From: an uncultured Gammaproteobacteria bacterium
GTDB taxonomy: Bacteria; Pseudomonadota; Gammaproteobacteria; JAURND01
NCBI GenBank assembly: GCA_963714975.1
Contig: CAVQQD010000002.1
Span: 519,641-583,640 of the forward strand
Direction of reading: 5' to 3'
Length of the DNA: 64,000 nt
Part shown: piece by piece, positions 22,567-33,056 of the stretch
Position numbering within the stretch: position 1 is the first letter of the stretch
How the letters are laid out: each line of letters opens with the position of its first letter
Made by a program: the position numbers and the translations under genes
Notes under the pieces: generated by a model
The model's input: the letters and a program-made list of their open reading frames with translations, nothing else
Told to the model about the DNA's origin: nothing
Database searches by the model: none

Positions 22567-23344
22567 ATTTAAAGCGGGAATTGCGGTTCTAATCCTAAGT
22601 TTATTGACACCGGCCTGCACGCTAACTCCCACGGAGGAGGCGCCGATCATTGATGGCTGGCAACAGCCGGCATTCAGTGGGGATTATCGAGTGCAGCCTG
22701 GGGACACTATTTATTCCATTGCTTGGTCTTTTGGGATGGATTATCGTGCTATTGCTAAGTTCAATCAGCTCACTGAGCCTTACCACTTACATCCTGGACA
22801 GTGGTTGTATATGGCTTCTCGTCCCGCAATTTCTGCTGCAGCTCTGATCCCCGAGGGTGTTGCCCCACGCGTCACCCGTCGGAGCACGGTGGGGTGCCGC
22901 AGCGGCAGGACCCGTCGGGCATCAGGGCTGCAGCGGGAATTGCTGAAGGATCCAGTGCACAGAGATGTGAAAGCGTCGTCCTGGCAATGGCCAACGGTTG
23001 GTAAAGTGGTACGTGGTTATTCACCTGCCTTTGGCGGCAATCGTGGTTTGGATATTAAGGGTAAGTTTAATCAACCGGTGTTAGCCGCTGCGGCAGGTAA
23101 AGTCGTTTATACCGGGTCAAGTATGCCGGGTTATGGTAATTTAATTATCATTAAGCATAATGATAATGATTTGAGCGCTTATGCGTTTAATAAGACCCTG
23201 ATGGTGACGGAAGGCCAGATAGTGAAGACGGGTCAGACGATCGCGATGATGGGGAAAAATGAGCGTGGTGAAACCATGTTGCATTTTGAAATTCGTCGAA
23301 GTGGCAAGCCTGTAGATCCTAGGAGATACTTAAAGAATGATTGA
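22550..23344 (+). CDS. nlpD: LysM/M23-peptidase lipoprotein NlpD-like, with in-frame GC-rich repeat insertion
   Basis: Lipoprotein signal '...LTPAC'; LysM 'YRVQPGDTIYSIAWSFGMDYRAIAKFNQL'; M23 domain 'GGNRGLDIKG...GYGNLIIIKH'. Insertion 22858-22922 translated as 'VAPRVTRRSTVGCRSGRTRRASG'. Confidence 0.8.
   Translation: MPFGNKFKAGIAVLILSLLTPACTLTPTEEAPIIDGWQQPAFSGDYRVQPGDTIYSIAWSFGMDYRAIAKFNQLTEPYHLHPGQWLYMASRPAISAAALIPEGVAPRVTRRSTVGCRSGRTRRASGLQRELLKDPVHRDVKASSWQWPTVGKVVRGYSPAFGGNRGLDIKGKFNQPVLAAAAGKVVYTGSSMPGYGNLIIIKHNDNDLSAYAFNKTLMVTEGQIVKTGQTIAMMGKNERGETMLHFEIRRSGKPVDPRRYLKND
22858..22922. repeat. GC-rich element (same family as in tilS) inserted in frame in nlpD
   Basis: gttgccccacgcgtcacccgtcggagcacggtggggtgccgcagcggcaggacccgtcgggc. 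Confidence 0.75.
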
Positions 23345-25265
23345 GCGCATCCAACGATTAGATACTTTATTAGCAAACCAAATTGCTGCCGGAGAAGTGG
23401 TGAGCCGTCCTGCCTCTGCGTTGAAAGAGTTAGTTGAAAATAGCTTGGATGCGGGGGCAACGCAGATTGAAGTGACGTTAGAAAAAGGCGGTATTCAATT
23501 AATTCGCGTCCGGGATAATGGTCGGGGGATTCATAAAGAAGATTTACCGTTGGCTTTAAGCCGACACGCCACCAGTAAAATTTCCACGCTGGAAGAGTTA
23601 GAATGCATCCAATCCTTAGGTTTTCGTGGAGAAGCTTTGGCGAGCATTGCTTCGGTATCACGTTTGGTTTTAACTTCGCGCCAAGCCAATGAAACTTTGG
23701 CCTGGCAAATTAAAGCGGAAGGTCGGACGGCAGAAATTGAATTTAATCCGGTATCTCATCCCATGGGCAGCACTATTGAAGTGCGCGATTTATTTTTTAA
23801 TACACCAGCGCGGCGAAAATTTTTACGCTCAGAAAAAACCGAATATTCCCACTGTGAGGAATTGATTAATCGCATTGCATTAGCTTCTTTTCATGTTGCT
23901 TTTGTGCTGAAACATAATCAAAAAACTATTTTGCAATTGCCTCCCGCTATTTCTCAAGCAGAACAAGAGCAACGCGTGGGCAAATTGTGCGGAAATTTTT
24001 TTATCGAACAAGCCAAGGCTATACAGATTGGAAACCATTCACCCGTCGTCCCGCTCCCGCGACTTGATCGCGGGATTGTCCGCGGGATCCAGGATCCAGA
24101 AAGCAGGGATGCAGGATTTTCATTAGCGGGTTGGTTGGGCTTGCCGATTATTTCGCGCGCGCAGGCTGATTTGCAATATTTCTATGTCAATGGGCGCATG
24201 GTCCGTGATAAGTTAATTACTCACGCCATTAAACAAGCGTACCACGATGTAATGTATGGTCATCGCTATCCCGCCTATGTGTTATTTCTTAGTTTGGATC
24301 CAACTTTGGTTGATGTTAATGTGCACCCCACAAAATCCGAGGTGCGGTTTCGTGACAGTCGCTTTATTTATGATTTTTTATTTAGTCGCATCCATGAATC
24401 TTTGGCGCAAAAAGAGCAAGTCACCGCTGGAATTTCTGCTATAGCCGATTCAATATTCGCGCCAGAACCATGGGGGATGCAGCATCAATTGCAGATTAGT
24501 GAAGCAAAAGCAGACTACTTAGCGTACCAGGAAATCCCCCCTACCCCTCTTTTTCAAAGGGGGGGCGATAAAATTCCCCCCTTTTTCGAGGATGGGGATC
24601 AAGAAATTCCCCCCTTTGAAAAAGGGGGGGTAGAGGGGATTTCCTGCAGTTTAGCTCCCAGCCCCGTGCGGGAACGACTTGAGGGAGCTCTAGGCTATGC
24701 TCTTGGCCAATTACATGGCATCTTCATCCTAGCCGAAAATCAACAAGGCTTAGTGATTGTCGACATGCACGCCGCTCACGAACGTATTTTGTATGAAGAA
24801 TTAAAGCTAGCTCATCAGCGCGAGAAAATTGTGCGCCAAACCTTGTTAATTCCACTGACTTTATCATTGACGACGCGAGAGGCGGACTATGTGCAAGAAC
24901 AACAAGCTTTGTTTGCTGAGCTTGGGTTTGAACTCGAGCGAATTAGCCCAACGAGTTGTATTATTCGCCAGGTTCCTGTGTTATTGAAACAGGTGGATGT
25001 TTTGCAGTTAATCCGTGATGTGATAGCAGATTTTCTAACTCTGGAGAAAAGCCAGCGCATCGAACAACAATTCCATAAAGTTTTGGCGACTATTGCCTGC
25101 CACAGCTCGGCACGGGCTCATCGCCGTCTTACCCTCCCGGAAATGAATGCACTGTTGCGGCAACTGGAACAGACCGACCGCAGCGGTCAGTGCAATCATG
25201 GCCGTCCTACGATCAGGCAGTTTTCCCTGGAAGAATTGGATAAGTTATTTTTAAGGGGAAGATAA
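23337..25265 (+). CDS. mutL: DNA mismatch repair protein MutL carrying two in-frame repeat insertions in its linker
   Basis: GHKL ATPase motifs (ELVENSLDAGAT, DNGRGI, GFRGEAL); C-terminal dimerisation domain (QCNHGRPT). Insertions at 24041-24117 ('PVVPLPRLDRGIVRGIQDPESRDAGFS') and 24530-24645 ('PTPLFQRGGDKIPPFFEDGDQEIPPFEKGGVEG'). Confidence 0.9.
   Translation: MIERIQRLDTLLANQIAAGEVVSRPASALKELVENSLDAGATQIEVTLEKGGIQLIRVRDNGRGIHKEDLPLALSRHATSKISTLEELECIQSLGFRGEALASIASVSRLVLTSRQANETLAWQIKAEGRTAEIEFNPVSHPMGSTIEVRDLFFNTPARRKFLRSEKTEYSHCEELINRIALASFHVAFVLKHNQKTILQLPPAISQAEQEQRVGKLCGNFFIEQAKAIQIGNHSPVVPLPRLDRGIVRGIQDPESRDAGFSLAGWLGLPIISRAQADLQYFYVNGRMVRDKLITHAIKQAYHDVMYGHRYPAYVLFLSLDPTLVDVNVHPTKSEVRFRDSRFIYDFLFSRIHESLAQKEQVTAGISAIADSIFAPEPWGMQHQLQISEAKADYLAYQEIPPTPLFQRGGDKIPPFFEDGDQEIPPFEKGGVEGISCSLAPSPVRERLEGALGYALGQLHGIFILAENQQGLVIVDMHAAHERILYEELKLAHQREKIVRQTLLIPLTLSLTTREADYVQEQQALFAELGFELERISPTSCIIRQVPVLLKQVDVLQLIRDVIADFLTLEKSQRIEQQFHKVLATIACHSSARAHRRLTLPEMNALLRQLEQTDRSGQCNHGRPTIRQFSLEELDKLFLRGR
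24041..24117. repeat. Partial 'cgtcgtccc...gatcgcgggatcca' family element in frame in the mutL linker
   Basis: acccgtcgtcccgctcccgcgacttgatcgcgggattgtccgcgggatccaggatccagaaagcagggatgcagga; compare 44848-44880. Confidence 0.7.
24530..24645. repeat. Two tandem copies of the 'ccccctttttcaaaggggg' palindromic element in frame in mutL
   Basis: ccccctacccctctttttcaaagggggggcgataaaattcccccctttttcgaggatggggatcaagaaattcccccctttgaaaaagggggggtagagggga. Confidence 0.75.
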
Positions 25266-25280
25266 CACGAGCGCGTTTGA

Positions 25281-26465
25281 TCACTGGATTAAACTAAAAA
25301 TTTTTGCAATATTTTTAAAATTTACCAGATGAAAATCCTCAATTTGCTGTTCGTATTCTCCGGTATAAATTAAAAAACCAGTAGGGCAGCGGTCATTGAC
25401 TAATTTTTTAAAAAACCGCAGATTTTTTAATAACGCGGGATGAAAAGTTTGGGTAGATTTAATTTCAATGGGTATTAGTTGATGACCGACTTTTAATATG
25501 GCGTCTACTTCGTTGTGATGGTTGTCTCGATAATAATAAATTTCTGGTTCCATCGCATGATTCAAGCGAAATTTGATCAATTCTAAGATGGCTAAATTTT
25601 CAAATAACGGACCACGCAGCGGGTCACGATCCAGTTGCTCGGGTGTTTGAATACCTAATAAATAGCTGGCTAAGCCTACATCGGTGCAATAAATTTTTGG
25701 GGACTTAATTATTCGTTTACCAAAATTTTCAAAATAGGGCTGAATTCTAACCATGAGATAAGAAGCTTCTAGTACAGATAACCAATTTTGGATTGTTTTA
25801 TGGGCTACGCCTACATCATTGCCCAAGCTTTCCAGATTTAAAATACTGCCAATTCGTCCGGCGCATAAGCGCATAAACCGCTGAAATTGCGTTAAATCTT
25901 TTACATTAATAATTTGTCGGACATCTCGTTCCACATAAGTTCGTACATAATTTCGATAAGCGAAGCTGGGCTCAAGATCTGAGGCATAAATACGGGGGAA
26001 AAAACCTTTAATTAACAGTTCTGGAAAGGAAAGGGATTGAATTGGTTTTTGTATCTCATCTAAGCTAAGTGGCAGTAAGTCGAATAAGGCAGCACGGCCT
26101 GCCAGTGATTGACTGATCGCTTCTTGCAAAATCAATTGATGGCTGCCCGTTAAAATGAACATGCCTGCTTTTTGCTTTTGATCGACAATGGATTGGATAT
26201 AAGAGAGTAAAGTAGGAACCCGTTGAATCTCATCCAGAATTGCACCTTCTGGGATACTAGCAAGAAAATGTCGAGGGTCAGCTGCAATTAAAGCCCGAGT
26301 GTCAGGCTCTTCTAAATTGAAGTAGGGCTTATGGGGAAATAAATACCTTACCAGGGTAGTTTTACCCGATTGCCGAGGTCCCATTAATACAATCGCAGGG
26401 TATTGCTGAAATGCTTTTTGGACTGCGTCTTCAATTGTTCGCTTAAACATTACCACTCCGTACAA
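25281..26465 (-). CDS. COG1373-type AAA+ ATPase (AAA_14 N-domain plus DUF4143 restriction-endonuclease-like C-domain)
   Basis: Walker A 'LMGPRQSGKTTL', Walker B 'ILDEIQ'; about 390 aa with characteristic C-terminal DUF4143 region; paralog at 27974-29152. Confidence 0.7.
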   Translation of the reverse strand: MYGVVMFKRTIEDAVQKAFQQYPAIVLMGPRQSGKTTLVRYLFPHKPYFNLEEPDTRALIAADPRHFLASIPEGAILDEIQRVPTLLSYIQSIVDQKQKAGMFILTGSHQLILQEAISQSLAGRAALFDLLPLSLDEIQKPIQSLSFPELLIKGFFPRIYASDLEPSFAYRNYVRTYVERDVRQIINVKDLTQFQRFMRLCAGRIGSILNLESLGNDVGVAHKTIQNWLSVLEASYLMVRIQPYFENFGKRIIKSPKIYCTDVGLASYLLGIQTPEQLDRDPLRGPLFENLAILELIKFRLNHAMEPEIYYYRDNHHNEVDAILKVGHQLIPIEIKSTQTFHPALLKNLRFFKKLVNDRCPTGFLIYTGEYEQQIEDFHLVNFKNIAKIFSLIQ

Positions 26466-26606
26466 AATTAGAACTCAAGTGCTAAAATTGTACAGATTGG
26501 GTTGGGAAATACAACTTTTTAGTGATGTTACACACAAACTCCCTTGGTTAATACTCTAATTTATGGTAAATTTTATAAAATTTATTTATTAATGAGGAAT
26601 TTAGGC

Positions 26607-27740
26607 ATGAGCGAAGATAAAGAGACTAAAGAAAATAAAGAAACCAGGGTTGAGCCAGAGGGTGGAGAATTACTGAACCAGTTGAGTAATTTGGATTCAG
26701 TCACGCAGGGGGTGCTTTTCGAACAAATGGGCCAATATTTAACTCCCAATGATCAGAAAGAGTTAAGTGAGGTCAATCATAACTTTCATGACAATCATCC
26801 TTTCCTGCCAACTACGTATGAACAGCTAGGGCTAAGCGATTCTGAAATTAAAATTCCTTCACATGAACGTTCCAATATTCATCAAATTCTCACTGCCTAC
26901 TTTAAACACTGCAATTTCGGAACTGAACCACGACCTGATCAAATAGCTGAGCTTTTAAAAGATGAAAACTTAGGTGGCAAGTTGGCTGTTTTTTGTAGTA
27001 AAAATTGGAAAATGGCCCATCTGGTTTGCAAAACTCCCTATTTATGGAAAAAATTACCCCCCAAAGAGCGAGAAGAATTGCAGCAAGCTATTACTTGGCA
27101 AAGTAGTTTAGCTGGCGGTCTAGGCGCTGCAGGCTTAGGTTTGTTAGGTGTGGGTATTTCAGGGGCTATGATTTTTGGGTTCGAACAATTCTGGGAAAGA
27201 GTTGCTTTACCTGGGCTAAGTGCTCAGGTTAATGGCAAACTTCTTAATGATCCTCAATTGTTACAAGATGTTGCTTGGGTTTTGGCTCTTGTTGTTGTGT
27301 TTTTTATATCCACGATCATGCAAGCTTCTGAGAAACCAGAAACAGGTAAACAGGGGGCGCCAGCTGGGCCTACTATAGCCCCCATACCTTTTGCCTGGTT
27401 TACCTATTTATATGATTGCTTTTGCTTTGGTTGGAAGCATGGCCATAAAGTTCTTAATGCGACAAATGCAGATAAACTCGTTAGCTATGGGATGTTTGCG
27501 CCTAGTCAAGGGGATGGGTTTGCTGCTCGAATGTTGCCAATTTGTATGTTGGCGCAGAAGTATCAACAAAATATGGAAGCCAAACCAGAAGCAATGCTAC
27601 CTGCAGCTTCCTTTTGGTCATCGGCGCCTACGCCACCGGTTGACGACCGGGGGGAGGGAATTGAATTTGCTTTTAGAGATCCTAATAGGGATGCTAACGG
27701 GGGCGAACAGGCTCCTTTGCTTGTCCCTTGTCAATCTTGA
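26607..27740 (+). CDS. Hypothetical membrane protein with N-terminal F-box-like motif and glycine-zipper TM segments (effector-like)
   Basis: Start at 'MSEDKETKENKE' (GAGGA RBS). 'GVLFEQMGQYLTPNDQKELSEVNHNF' matches the F-box pattern (ILLEIFSYLDPKDLLRLSLVCKRW). TM 'LAGGLGAAGLGLLGVGISGAMIFGF' and 'VAWVLALVVVFFISTIM'. Confidence 0.45.
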   Translation: MSEDKETKENKETRVEPEGGELLNQLSNLDSVTQGVLFEQMGQYLTPNDQKELSEVNHNFHDNHPFLPTTYEQLGLSDSEIKIPSHERSNIHQILTAYFKHCNFGTEPRPDQIAELLKDENLGGKLAVFCSKNWKMAHLVCKTPYLWKKLPPKEREELQQAITWQSSLAGGLGAAGLGLLGVGISGAMIFGFEQFWERVALPGLSAQVNGKLLNDPQLLQDVAWVLALVVVFFISTIMQASEKPETGKQGAPAGPTIAPIPFAWFTYLYDCFCFGWKHGHKVLNATNADKLVSYGMFAPSQGDGFAARMLPICMLAQKYQQNMEAKPEAMLPAASFWSSAPTPPVDDRGEGIEFAFRDPNRDANGGEQAPLLVPCQS

Positions 27741-27973
27741 GCTCAGGGGAAGAGGGGACTTAAAAAATTGATTGAAAATGCACTTGCGTAAACGTTAAGA
27801 CACTACCGATGCTCACACCTTGTTCTACGACTTCTTCGCGTAAGCTTACAATTTGTTCTCCCAGTTTTTTAATAGCATCGTTGACAGCGCTGATTAAATT
27901 GCTCACGAGGGTTGAGAATCAATTTTCCTGGAAAATTGTTGACAGTGTTTAAAAAATTCTGCATCCTGGAGCC

Positions 27974-29152
27974 ATGCTTATTCATCGCCTATTAGAAAAT
28001 GCTCTGCTTAAATATCTGGGAAAAGGTAAGAGCATTTTATTGTTGGGGCCGCGACAAACTGGCAAAACCACTCTAATTAATCAATTATCTTTCACTCGTC
28101 TGATTTCTCTAGCCAATCCTCAAGAACGCTTGCGCTATGAAAAGCAGCCTGAGCTGTTAACCGCGGAAATGGAAGCTCTTGCGGCAGCAAGTGCAGGTCA
28201 GCGTCCTTTAATTGTCGTTGATGAGATACAAAAAATTCCGTTTCTGCTGGATGCTATTCAAGATTTAATTGATAGAAAGATAGCGCAATTTGTTTTGACA
28301 GGTTCATCAGCAAGAAAGTTGCGTAAAGGCACGCAGGTTAATTTATTACCTGGACGCGTTATTCCGTTACGCTTAGATCCTTTATTACAAAGTGAAATAC
28401 CAACGGAATTGTGTGAACTCAATCATTTGATTTTAGATGGTTGTTTGCCGGAAATTGTGCTGGAAAAGGATGCGCAGATGCGCGAGACTTTGCTTGATGC
28501 TTATGTCACTATTTATCTCGAGGAAGAAATTCGTGCTGAGGCTCGTGTGCGAGAATTAGGCCTTTTTGCTCGCTTTCTTGAACTTGCGGCATCTGAATCA
28601 GGTAAAATTGTTAATCTCAGTAAATTATCGCAAGAAATTGGCGTCTCACATTCAACCATTGCAGGGTATTATCAAATACTTGAAGATTGTTTAATCGTAG
28701 AACGCATTGAGCCTATCACCACGAGTAAAGTTCGCAAAAAATTATCCCGATCTCAAAAATATTTATTCTATGATTTGGGGGTCAGGCGGGTTGCTGCTCG
28801 TGAAGGGAGGCGCTTATCTCGCGATCAATTAGGACATTTGTTTGAACAATATGTCGGATTAGAGCTAATTAAGTTATTACGCTTATCATATCCTCGTTTT
28901 GTTCTCAAATATTGGCGCGATCCTGGTGGACCTGAAGTGGATTGGGTCGTTGAGACGGATTCGGGGTATATTCCTATTGAAATTAAGTCTACCACTGCAC
29001 CTGGAGTTCAAGATGCCAAGTATCTGCAGATTTTTTTAAATGAATACCCGCAAGCTAAACAAGCTTATATTATTTGCCAAAGCCCACATCCGATGAAAAT
29101 TGCGAGCAATATAACAGCTTTACCCTGGCAACGCCTCGCGGAGATTTTTTGA
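27974..29152 (+). CDS. COG1373-type AAA+ ATPase (AAA_14 plus DUF4143), second paralog
   Basis: Walker A 'LLGPRQTGKTTL', Walker B 'VVDEIQ'; same architecture as 25281-26465. Confidence 0.7.
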   Translation: MLIHRLLENALLKYLGKGKSILLLGPRQTGKTTLINQLSFTRLISLANPQERLRYEKQPELLTAEMEALAAASAGQRPLIVVDEIQKIPFLLDAIQDLIDRKIAQFVLTGSSARKLRKGTQVNLLPGRVIPLRLDPLLQSEIPTELCELNHLILDGCLPEIVLEKDAQMRETLLDAYVTIYLEEEIRAEARVRELGLFARFLELAASESGKIVNLSKLSQEIGVSHSTIAGYYQILEDCLIVERIEPITTSKVRKKLSRSQKYLFYDLGVRRVAAREGRRLSRDQLGHLFEQYVGLELIKLLRLSYPRFVLKYWRDPGGPEVDWVVETDSGYIPIEIKSTTAPGVQDAKYLQIFLNEYPQAKQAYIICQSPHPMKIASNITALPWQRLAEIF

Positions 29153-29156
29153 ATGG

Positions 29157-29228
29157 ATCCTGACCATTCTGACACCAATTCCGTTTTGGTCATGACTAAA
29201 ACGGAATTGGTGTCAGAATGGTCAGGAT
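29157..29228. repeat. 72-bp near-perfect palindrome (32-bp arms, GTCATGAC centre) between ATPase paralog 2 and clpB
   Basis: atcctgaccattctgacaccaattccgttttgGTCATGACtaaaacggaattggtgtcagaatggtcaggat; one mismatch; no trailing T-run. Confidence 0.8.
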
Positions 29229-29305
29229 GATATTATCATTTGAAACTCTGAGCAGGATCCCCATATTATGGTTAATGAACTTAACTCTTGAAATCGGAGG
29301 AAATA

Positions 29306-31898
29306 ATGCCACGACTAGATAAATTCACCACCTCATTTCAAAATGCCATCATGGATGCCAAATCCATGGCGTTAGGCTTAGATAACCAAGTGATCGAACC
29401 CTTGCATCTAATGAAAGCTTTACTCGAGCAAGAGGCAGGAACAGTGCCGGCTTTGTTAGAACAAGCAGGGGTCAATCTTAATCAATTCCAAGCAAAGCTA
29501 CAGCAAGCATTAGATCGTGTACCCAAAGTGGAGGGAGCTGGCGGTGAATTAATGATTTCTCATGAATTAGATCGCTTGCTGAATGTGATGGATAAATTAG
29601 CGCGAGAGCGAAATGATGCTTTTATTGCTTCTGAACTTTTTGTAGTCGCTGCTCTCAAGGATCGAGGTGAATTAGGGCGAATTCTGCGAGAATCAGGCGC
29701 CAATGAAGCAGCGTTATTAAGCGCCATTGATAAAATTCGAGGAGGAGAGCGAGTGGAAAATCCAGAATCTGAAGGTCAACGTCAAGCCTTGGAAAAATAT
29801 ACGATTGATTTAACTGCCATGGCGAGAAAGGGTAAATTAGATCCAGTCATTGGTCGTGATGCGGTGATTATGCGCGTGATTCAAGTGTTGCAACGTCGCA
29901 CTAAAAATAATCCCGTGTTGATTGGCGAACCTGGGGTGGGTAAAACAGCTATTGTGGAAGGATTGGCGCAGCGTATTGTCAATGGTGAAGTTCCTGAGGC
30001 GATGAAAAATAAACGCATTTTGGCCTTAGACATGGGTGCATTAATTGCCGGGGCGAAATTTCGTGGTGAATTTGAAGAACGTTTAAAAGCGGTGTTAAAA
30101 GATTTAGCCAAACAAGAAGGCCAAATTATTTTATTTATTGATGAATTGCATACGATGGTGGGGGCGGGAAAAGCAGAAGGTGCCATGGATGCAGGTAATA
30201 TGTTAAAACCTGCTTTAGCACGAGGTGAATTGCATTGTGTTGGCGCGACCACATTAGATGAATATCGCAAATATATTGAAAAAGATGCAGCGTTAGAACG
30301 TCGTTTTCAAAAAGTATTAGTGGATGAACCCAGCGTTGAGGATACCATTGCTATTTTGCGTGGCTTAAAAGAACGTTATGAAGTGCATCATGGCGTAGAA
30401 ATTACTGATCCTGCCATTGTCGCTGCGGCCACCTTATCGCATCGTTATATTACTGATCGAAATTTGCCTGATAAAGCCATTGATTTAATGGATGAAGCAG
30501 CCAGTCAAATTCGCATGGAAATTGATTCCAAACCGGAAGAAATGGATCGATTAGAACGACGCTTAATTCAATTAAAAATTGAACGCGAGGCTTTGAAAAA
30601 AGAAAAAGATGAAGCCACTAAAAAACGCTTAGAACGATTTAGAAACAGAAATTCAAGCAAATTAGAAAAAGAATATGCGGATTTAGAAGAAGATTTGGAA
30701 AGCAGAAAAAGCCAGCTTGCAAGGCACGCAGCAAATTAAAGAAGCACTGGAACAAGCGCAGTGTAGAATTAGAAGCTGCACGTCGTGCCGGTGATTTAGC
30801 GCGCATGTCGGAATTACAATATGGCCGTATTCCTGAGTTAGAAAAACAATTAGCGAAGCTGCCAATTCAGCAGAAAGAAAGGCAACATAAATTATTACGT
30901 AATAAAGTGACTGAAGAAGAAATTGCTGAAGTTGTTTCAAAATGGACGCATATTCCTGTAGCAAAAATGATGGAAGGTGAGCGAGAAAAATTATTGCATA
31001 TGGAAGAAGCGTTGCATAAACGTGTTGATTGGTCAAGATGAAGCGATTAAAGTCGTTTCTAATGCGATTCGCCGTTCGCGCGCTGGGTTGTCTGATCCTA
31101 ATCGACCCATTGGTTCTTTTTTATTTTTGGGCCCCACCGGTGTTGGTAAAACTGAATTATGTAAGGCCTTAGCTGGATTTTTATTTGATACTGAAGAGGC
31201 GATGGTGCGTATTGATATGTCTGAATTTATGGAAAAACATTCGGTGGCGCGATTAATTGGCGCGCCTCCTGGTTATGTAGGTTATGAAGAAGGTGGTTAT
31301 TTAACCGAAGCAGTGCGTCGTCAGACCTTATTCGTGTGATTTTGTTAGATGAAATTGAAAAAGCACATACGGATGTATTTAATATTTTATTGCAAGTGTT
31401 AGATGATGGTCGTTTAACCGATGGTCAAGGGCGCACAGTTGATTTTCGTAATACGGTGATGGTCATGACTTCAAATTTAGGTTCGCATTTGATTCAAGAA
31501 TTGTAGCTGACGAAAGTTATACAGTAATGAAAAAAGCCGTGATGGAAATTGTTAGCAAACATTTTCGTCCTGAATTTATTAATCGAATTGATGAAATGGT
31601 GGTATTTCATCCCTTGGATAAAGAGCAGATTACCAGGATTGCTGCGTTGCAAATGGAGCAAGTGCGAAAACGCCTGCAGGAAAAAGAATTACAATTACAG
31701 CTTGATGAGCCTATTTTAGATTTCTTAGCTGATGCGGGCTATGATCCTGTTTATGGCGCCAGACCATTGAAACGTGCCATCCAGCAATATCTAGAAAATC
31801 CTTTGGCGCAGGATATTTTGTCCGGAAAATTTTTGCCAGGGGACACTATCGTGGTGAGTATGCGTGATCGTGGTGGGTTAAGGTTTGAGAAGGGATAA
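29306..31898 (+). pseudogene. clpB: Chaperone ClpB, disrupted by six single-base indels
   Basis: RBS GGAGGAAATA then '[24 protein letters not shown]'. Four ORF pieces (29306-30739, 30805-31041, 30977-31339, 31527-31898) plus an untracked piece (31336-31506 '[41 protein letters not shown]'). Indels reconstructed at about 30695, 30765, 31033, 31318, 31332 and 31506. No in-frame nonsense or obvious missense decay otherwise. Confidence 0.8.
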
Positions 31899-31905
31899 GT
31901 CCCGA

Positions 31906-32941
31906 TCAAGAAGGAGTACCAGGAATACTTGTCACATGTTGTTCTGGTGGAGATGGTTTGTCACGTGAGCTATCTTTGGCGACGACAGATGGTGGGCTTT
32001 GGCGATGCTTAAATAAATCGGTTAGGTTGTTTATTTTCTGTAGTGCGGGTACAGAAATTTCCAGGTCAGGCAGGCCTGAGTATTTTATCTCGAGTTTTTT
32101 TGGTGATAAATTTTGGGATGCTTCATACTCACGCAGGAGTCTGATCTTTGATTTCTCAAATAACACAGCATCAATCTCTGGAATAAAAGGGACCAGGCCG
32201 ATTAAATTGAGGCTGTCTTCTATTTGCGTCAGGTGTTTAACGATGAGTTTAAATTGTTCTGGGGTAAATGCTCGGCGAAATTCTGCAACCGCTTTAAAGA
32301 TTATAAGTCCATAGGAAAGCCAGTCTATATTGTTTTGTGTTTTTCTTTGGTGCATATTTATTTTTTTTAAATATTTAGCGCAGAAATAAAAATAATCTGG
32401 GTCATGTTGTAATTTTTCACATTTTTTTGTCAAATCATCCAGGAAATGAGATTGTCTATTTAGAAAATTCTGCCAAGATTCGTTTTGGTTCATCCGATAG
32501 GGCTTACTATCAAAGAAAGCAGCTATTTGCTCGAGTTTTTCGTGAAGAGCTTGGAATTGCTGTAGAGAAAGTGAAGGTGTTAGATCAAAATAGTCAATAC
32601 CATACTGTTTAAATAAATTACGCAGCTGTCGGGCACTGAAAACATTGGAGATTAGCACTTTCTCGGTGATATAGGCAATTAACGTACTGTATTTTTCTTT
32701 ACTTGGTTTATCGGATTCCAGCTCGCTCGCGAGCTTCACAGAGTGCTCTTAAGTAATGAAAAACGATATAAGTTTCAGACCGATGTTTTTCACTATCATG
32801 AGCTAAGGGTTTTGTCAGATTATCAATCCATAATTGGGCTTCATTTAAAGAATAGTTTAAAGCATTTGCAAAAAAAATAGATTTTGGTTGAAAATCATGA
32901 GGATTGATGGTTGGCAAATGGGGAGGTTTTCGTTGTTCCAT
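31906..32941 (-). CDS. Hypothetical protein (about 345 aa), apparently one gene split by a frameshift near 32725
   Basis: ORFs 32708-32941 (AGGAG RBS, 'MEQRKPPHLPTINPHDF...') and 31906-32739 abut in adjacent frames ('...HYLRALCEA' / 'SELESDKPSKEKY...'). No recognised domain. Confidence 0.4.
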
Positions 32942-32961
32942 AGCAATCTCCTGGGTTTCAA

Positions 32962-33056
32962 GTGTCATCCCGAGCGCAGCGAGGGATCTGTTGTTCATGC
33001 CACATTCATGAGAATCCCTCGCTTCGCTCGGGATGACACCGCTCGGGATGACACCT
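32962..33056. repeat. Dispersed palindromic element (gtcatcccgagcgaagcgagggatc family) abutting the maeB stop codon
   Basis: gtgtcatcccgagcgcagcgagggatctgttgttcatgccacattcatgagaatccctcgcttcgctcgggatgacaccgctcgggatgacacc; 'gccacattcatgaga' block shared with 58563-58625. Confidence 0.75.

Noticed and set aside
27767-27916. 49-codon minus-strand ORF (GTG start, VSNLISAVNDAIKKLGEQIVSLREEVVEQG...) in the intergenic region before ATPase paralog 2
   Set aside because: No convincing RBS and no recognisable family; could be a small protein or chance ORF.
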